Below, one piece after another: positions 59,795-64,000 of a DNA stretch of 64,000 bases. Position numbers and translations under genes: made by a program. Origin of the DNA: Candidatus Micrarchaeota archaeon CG1_02_47_40 (lineage in GTDB: Archaea > Micrarchaeota > Micrarchaeia > Anstonellales > CG1-02-47-40); contig MNVE01000009.1 of assembly GCA_001871475.1 (NCBI GenBank), forward strand, positions 85,120 through 149,119, read 5' to 3'. The notes under the pieces were generated by a model. It searched no databases. It saw nothing but the letters and a program-made list of their open reading frames with translations, and was not told where the DNA came from. Numbering within the stretch: the first letter of the stretch is position 1; every line of letters begins with the position of its first letter.

Positions 59795-61012
59795 TCAGCG
59801 CTCCCTTTTTTTCTTTGCTGCTTTCATTTCTTTTTCTTCCTTCGCTTCTTTTTTCTCTTCTTTCTCCTTTTCTTCTGTTTCCTTTCCATACTTCTTCTTT
59901 CCAAAATGAACCGCCGTGTACAAACCCCCGCCAATAAGAAGAACTATTACGGAGTAAATGAGAATCTGCATCGCAACCTCGCTCTGCAAATCAAGCGCTA
60001 TTGCAAGCGCCTTCTGCGCCAGGGGGGTTGCCTGTAAATCTGCGGGAATGGCGCCGCGCACGAAGCCTGCGCCGAAAAGGAGTATGAACACTGCGGGCAC
60101 GGCTGAAGAAACCGCGCATGATAGTATTAACAACGAAACTCTTTTTCCAGCTCTCCATACATCCCACTCAAGCACAGCAAGCAGAGAAAGCTCAACAAGT
60201 ATGAGCAGGAAAATGATGAGAAAGGCAAGGTTGGCAGTCTTCACGTAAGAGCGCACTTGGGCAAATTGCTCTGCACCGGAAGCGCCGAGCTGCTCGGTCA
60301 AATCAAGTGTGTCGGGTATCTGGTTTTCTATGAGCGAGTCTATGTTTGAAAGGTCGGTTGCGCCCCCGCCTCCAAGAAGGGAGGAGAGTTGGGATGGCAT
60401 TAGCGCACCTGATACCCCTGCCGCATCAAAGAAAGCACTGCACTCAACGGAATTTTGGGGCAGGCGGCAGTGCTGGAGGCAGGATGCGAGGTCATTGCAC
60501 CCGCTTGGGGTGACTCCCGGTATTTGGGGAAGCGCAAACTCCTCGCCTGCATACTGCGTATTTGCATTATCAAAAAGCGCATCTGAAGCAGCTTTTGAAA
60601 GAGAGGGTTTTATTGGGCGAAAATCAACTATGAGGGAGAGGGAATCTTTTTCCCCTTTCACGTAGGAAAATGCGTTCTTGAAAAGAATACTCGTCTGATT
60701 TGCCAGGTAGCTTTCAGGCACGGCATCGGAGAGCTTTTCCACCAGCTGCCCCTGTTGCTCTTTGCTGATGCCGCTGCCAAGTTCCATTTCCCCTGCAAAC
60801 TGCACAAAATAGTCCTTTGCCGTTGCATAAACCTGCTGGCGCTCAAACTCATTTAGGTAAAATTCGTCATTAAGAAGCGTGTTTTTCGCAGCCATGCCCC
60901 CAACAAACAGGGGGAATTCCAGGAATACCAGAAATGAAAGTGCGAATATCACGAGTGTTTTTAGTATGCCGAAAACATTCATTTTAAATTCCTTTTTTTC
61001 AGTTCTTTTCAA
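59795..61012 (-). CDS. Polytopic membrane protein with a large extracytoplasmic loop and a KE-rich tail
   Basis: N-terminal TM, ~230-aa loop, 4-5 C-terminal TMs, ...GKETEEKEKEEKKEAKEEKEMKAAKKKRER. Confidence 0.55.
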   Translation of the reverse strand: MKRTEKKEFKMNVFGILKTLVIFALSFLVFLEFPLFVGGMAAKNTLLNDEFYLNEFERQQVYATAKDYFVQFAGEMELGSGISKEQQGQLVEKLSDAVPESYLANQTSILFKNAFSYVKGEKDSLSLIVDFRPIKPSLSKAASDALFDNANTQYAGEEFALPQIPGVTPSGCNDLASCLQHCRLPQNSVECSAFFDAAGVSGALMPSQLSSLLGGGGATDLSNIDSLIENQIPDTLDLTEQLGASGAEQFAQVRSYVKTANLAFLIIFLLILVELSLLAVLEWDVWRAGKRVSLLILSCAVSSAVPAVFILLFGAGFVRGAIPADLQATPLAQKALAIALDLQSEVAMQILIYSVIVLLIGGGLYTAVHFGKKKYGKETEEKEKEEKKEAKEEKEMKAAKKKRER

Positions 61013-61613
61013 TTATGCATATCTCCTCAAGGGAGACGTATTTTTCATGCGGCTTGAAGTGCTCCGGGAATTCTTCCTTCATGCCCTTATCCTCATTGCT
61101 CTCGCGCCTTTTGCGCTGCTCCCTCACCCTCACGAAGACTTCTTCTTTTTTCTTTGACTTCTCCAGATTCCTGTATCTCTTGAAAAGCTCGTCAAGCTCC
61201 GCCCTTACCTTTACAAGCTCCGCATCAATTTTTTTAGTCTCTGCCTGCGCTTTTTCAAGGTTTTGGGTTGCATAGAGCAGCTTTTTCCTTATCCACTCCC
61301 CTTTTTTTGCCTCTGAAAGCTCTTTTTCCACTCCCTTTAACTGTTCTATGAGCACCTTTTCAATTTTAGGGGTGTATGCCTCTGTTGAGATTTGAAACTC
61401 TATCTTTTCCCGCATGCGGTATAGCCTGCCTGCTGAAGGGAGGTTTTTTCCCTCCAAAAAGCTTGACAGGGCTTTTTTTGCGTATTCCCCTTCCTGAAGC
61501 CGTGCGTTTGCCCGCTTTGCCTCTTCTATGAGTTTGTGCCTTCTCTTAAGGAGGGAGTCTATTTTCCCCTTAATTTCCTGCATTACATCTGCATTCTCCA
61601 TAAATACACACAA
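60999..61613 (-). CDS. Coiled-coil protein (COG1340-like archaeal coiled-coil)
   Basis: Heptad-rich K/E sequence throughout. 14-nt overlap with the downstream gene. Confidence 0.5.
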   Translation of the reverse strand: MCVFMENADVMQEIKGKIDSLLKRRHKLIEEAKRANARLQEGEYAKKALSSFLEGKNLPSAGRLYRMREKIEFQISTEAYTPKIEKVLIEQLKGVEKELSEAKKGEWIRKKLLYATQNLEKAQAETKKIDAELVKVRAELDELFKRYRNLEKSKKKEEVFVRVREQRKRRESNEDKGMKEEFPEHFKPHEKYVSLEEICIIEKN

Positions 61614-61684
61614 ATAGCGCTTCTTTTCGTTATTTCTTTTGAAGGCAAAAGGTTTAAATAGTGTTTATGAGCACCAAAATACGC

Positions 61685-61808
61685 AAAGAAGTCTGGCGCC
61701 CTAAGCGTCAAAATCGCGCGTCTTTTATAGCTGTCGAAAGACAGAAACTGGTCGCCTTGCCAGCGCAATGGTGCGCTGGCCTTCTCCTGTTTCTGTTGCT
61801 TATTTTTT
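61685..61808 (+). ncRNA. Candidate structured small RNA (unknown class); alternatively terminator structures for the convergent gene
   Basis: TATA-like tttaaata at 61653-61660. Nested stems ACAGAAAC (61741-48) / GTTTCTGT (61789-96) enclose GCCAGCGCA-atgg-TGCGCTGGC (61759-61780). CTGTC-gaaa-GACAG (61731-44). T6 at 61803-61808. Confidence 0.3.
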
Positions 61809-62431
61809 CATATTAACAAAAAGTATCCCAAAAGCGCTCCTGTAAGCGCGCATATTAAATTAGTCGTCGCCTTGCTGCCTATCCCCTCCTCCTCCAAAAC
61901 CCCGAAAACAGTGTCTATAAGCGAGCCGGAAAACCCTATTAAGGAGATGAGCAGCACCCTCCAGGCGTCAATGCCGGGAAAGAGAAAATACACCGCGATT
62001 GCAATCAGAAGCGCCCCGTCAAATGACATGAGGGTGCCAAACGGGCTTACCGCGCCGCTTGTGCCTCTTTTTACGCGCTTAAAGCCGAATATTGAATAAG
62101 GCTCCCCTGAAAGCACCCCGAGCTCGCTTGCAAACTTGTCAGCGGTTATTGCCGCAATGGAACCGACGAATGCCCCAAACCCTATTGCAGGTGAGAGAAT
62201 TGCCGCAAAAAGCGGCACTATCCCGTTTGCAAGCACGTTCTCCCAGCTTCTCTCGTGCTCATAAATCCCCATCTTCCTCTTTTCCTGATGCTCGTATTTT
62301 GTGACAAGCACAGAAGCTAAGAGGAAAATGAGCATTAGTGCAAGGTAGGGTGCGCCGCCAAAGTAGTACAGCAAGGAGCCGAAAATTACCGCGAGGGCGG
62401 TTCCGGGAATGTCAAGAAGGGTTGATTTCAT
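61808..62431 (-). CDS. DUF92/TMEM19-family integral membrane protein
   Basis: About six TM segments. ...KRGTSGAVSPFGTLMSFDGALL... is a typical DUF92 pattern. Confidence 0.6.
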   Translation of the reverse strand: MKSTLLDIPGTALAVIFGSLLYYFGGAPYLALMLIFLLASVLVTKYEHQEKRKMGIYEHERSWENVLANGIVPLFAAILSPAIGFGAFVGSIAAITADKFASELGVLSGEPYSIFGFKRVKRGTSGAVSPFGTLMSFDGALLIAIAVYFLFPGIDAWRVLLISLIGFSGSLIDTVFGVLEEEGIGSKATTNLICALTGALLGYFLLI

Positions 62432-63435
62432 ATTGGCGCACCGTCAATGAAGATTGAATCGCCTTTCTGGGCAACTTTTGCCTGCGTTAAGAATTTGCCT
62501 ATGATGTTTATGTTCGTTTTGGTGTGCGAAGTTATTTTAGGCGTGCGTATTTCGGACTTTCCGCCTGCAAGGGAGCAGTATAGGAGGAGCTGGTCTGCCA
62601 AATGAGTATCGGCGCCGAATCCCTGCGAAGCCTGAAAGCTGGTAAGTGCTTCCTGCGCAACCTTTTCAGCCGAAACGCCCCTTCTTCCTACTGCGCATGC
62701 ACCAGCGCTTCCCGAAAATATCGTTATTGCATTGCCGGGACAGGAGGCGGAAACTTCAAGCGTTTCTGCTTTCACTTTCGGGAATGCCTTTAGCAGTTCG
62801 TGCTTTTCCCTTTCTGCTACATGCCCTGGAAGGGAGGAGGAGATGATGAGAGCGCTTGGAATTTCTCCAGAAGGTTCGCTTAGGAAAAGAGGGGAAAAAT
62901 GCCTGGAAGGGTTTATGTCAAGTGAAATCTCCCCTCCCCCTGTTGGATAAAAACCGTATTTAATTATTTGCGCCTCTGCCCTCGCGCCTATCTTCCCTAT
63001 TGCGGGAAGGAAAACGTATTTGAAATACTCAAAGGTTGGGGAGAAGGAAACGTGCGTGCCTCCTTTTATGGAGACTTTGCTTACCTTATCTGCAAAAAAA
63101 AGCACGGGCAGGACTGCTTGTGAGAGCAAAACTGCCGAACCGGCAGTGGGGATGTTGAATGTGTGATTCCCGCCCCTAACTTCCCCTGGCTCAAATGACA
63201 TTGCCGTGCTTCCTAACTCTGCCCCCTGCATTTTCGCATCGCATATTTTTGCAAGGGAGTTTGCAACCTCCAAATGCTGTGCAGCCATTCCCGGCTTTGG
63301 GCGGTTTGCGCGTATGTTTGAGATTGAAACAGGCAATTGAAGAATGCAGGAAAGGGAAAGTGCGGTGCGCATTATCTGCCCTCCTCCCTCTCCTATTGAG
63401 CCGTCAATTTCAATCATAATATCATCGCTCCGCAA
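62428..63435 (-). CDS. rtcA: RNA 3'-terminal phosphate cyclase
   Basis: IEIDGSIGEGGGQIMRTALSLSCILQLPVSISNIRANRPKPGMAAQHL is the RtcA signature, including the conserved His (AAQHL). Confidence 0.9.
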   Translation of the reverse strand: MRSDDIMIEIDGSIGEGGGQIMRTALSLSCILQLPVSISNIRANRPKPGMAAQHLEVANSLAKICDAKMQGAELGSTAMSFEPGEVRGGNHTFNIPTAGSAVLLSQAVLPVLFFADKVSKVSIKGGTHVSFSPTFEYFKYVFLPAIGKIGARAEAQIIKYGFYPTGGGEISLDINPSRHFSPLFLSEPSGEIPSALIISSSLPGHVAEREKHELLKAFPKVKAETLEVSASCPGNAITIFSGSAGACAVGRRGVSAEKVAQEALTSFQASQGFGADTHLADQLLLYCSLAGGKSEIRTPKITSHTKTNINIIGKFLTQAKVAQKGDSIFIDGAPI

Positions 63436-63461
63436 CCCGCTTTATTTCAATCATAATATTT

Positions 63462-64000
63462 TCACCATGCGAAGGGAAGGAGAAAGAGTTCTCCGAAAAA
63501 AAGAGAGAGGATAAGCCCGAGCAGGAGAAAGGGAAGAAAGAACGGCATTTTTGAATAAACTGCGAATTGTTTTAAGGGGAGTTTTTTCAGGAGGTAAAGC
63601 TCCCTTGAGCCAACCAAGCTGGGCAGGGAGTATTTTTTTACAATTTCTTTTTCCATAAACTCAAGCGCAAGCACATCTTCCTCTTCTATTTTTTTTGCGG
63701 GAAGAAAAGAAATGAATGATTTTTTGAGGAATTGCCCGAAAAGGAGGAAGAAAACGGCAAAAAGGAAAATTATTGAGAAGGAAAGGAGATATGCAGGGGA
63801 AAGAAATTGCGATGCGGAGAGAATGAATACTGCATAAAGAATTGCAAGGGCGCCCGCTTCAAGCATCCTTATTGGAGGAATTGCAATCTCCCCTTTCCTA
63901 ATGGCACGAAAAACAGCAGGAAACGTTGAGAGCATTATGTAGATGCAGAAGATTAGAATGGAGTAGAAGAGGATGGTGAAAATCGGGGGGAGGGAGAGAA
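63462..64000 (-). CDS. Polytopic membrane protein, C-terminal part; the reading frame stays open to the right edge
   Basis: My translation upstream of Met at 63935 continues ...LSLPPIFTILFYSILIFCIYI with no stop. Several TM segments. Function not recognisable (a prepilin-peptidase-like protein cannot be excluded). Confidence 0.5.
   Translation of the reverse strand, partial: LSLPPIFTILFYSILIFCIYIMLSTFPAVFRAIRKGEIAIPPIRMLEAGALAILYAVFILSASQFLSPAYLLSFSIIFLFAVFFLLFGQFLKKSFISFLPAKKIEEEDVLALEFMEKEIVKKYSLPSLVGSRELYLLKKLPLKQFAVYSKMPFFLPFLLLGLILSLFFGELFLLPFAW

Noticed and set aside
1-64000. The window might be bacterial or a chimeric bin, because of the sigma-70-like, SLT/PG-binding, DsbA and VirB2-like genes.
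   Set aside because: Archaeal information-processing genes are spread across the whole window: histone, L7Ae/S28e/L24e, aIF5B, Nop5, PolB, archaeal GlyRS, RNase P RNA and BHB-type tRNA introns. TATA-like promoters precede the bacterial-type genes, so HGT into an archaeon is more parsimonious. A chimeric join at the extreme left end cannot be fully excluded without coverage data.

Overview
The window is a gene-dense archaeal chromosome segment with roughly 60 protein genes. Archaeal markers: an HMf-type histone, the conserved L7Ae-S28e-L24e-Ndk-aIF5B cluster (aIF5B carries a P-loop intein), Nop5, family B DNA polymerase, archaeal-type GlyRS, RtcA, an RNase P RNA and two intron-containing tRNAs. 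The patchy metabolism (stand-alone trpBA, purH, nadE), T-loop tRNA introns, KE-rich protein tails and bacterial-type genes fit a small-genome DPANN-like archaeon. That placement is inference only.

The dominant feature is one 13.7-kb minus-strand ORF (3249-16967, 4572 aa). It reads as signal peptide, a very large sequon-rich beta-helix/LamG/Ig-like ectodomain, one TM helix, then a 370-aa cytoplasmic HerA/FtsK/VirB4-like P-loop ATPase. It sits in a co-directional block with an AAA+/PD-(D/E)xK-like ATPase upstream, which has a divergent paralog, and a bacterial sigma-70-like gene downstream. The block is punctuated by phased palindromic repeat arrays and by tandem copies of the giant gene's own 3' end.

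Other notable signals:
- A TTGAC...GTCAA hairpin family found in the oversized RNase P RNA, inside the L7Ae coding region and upstream of the giant gene.
- tRNA-Met(CAU) with two introns and tRNA-Arg(CCG) with a T-loop intron.
- An N-terminally truncated Nop5.
- A peptidoglycan-binding/SLT-like hydrolase.
- Two AbiE-like wHTH+nucleotidyltransferase modules and a RelE-type TA pair.

No rRNA, CRISPR array, transposase or integrase was seen. All calls come from reading the sequence and ORF translations by eye. No database search was run.
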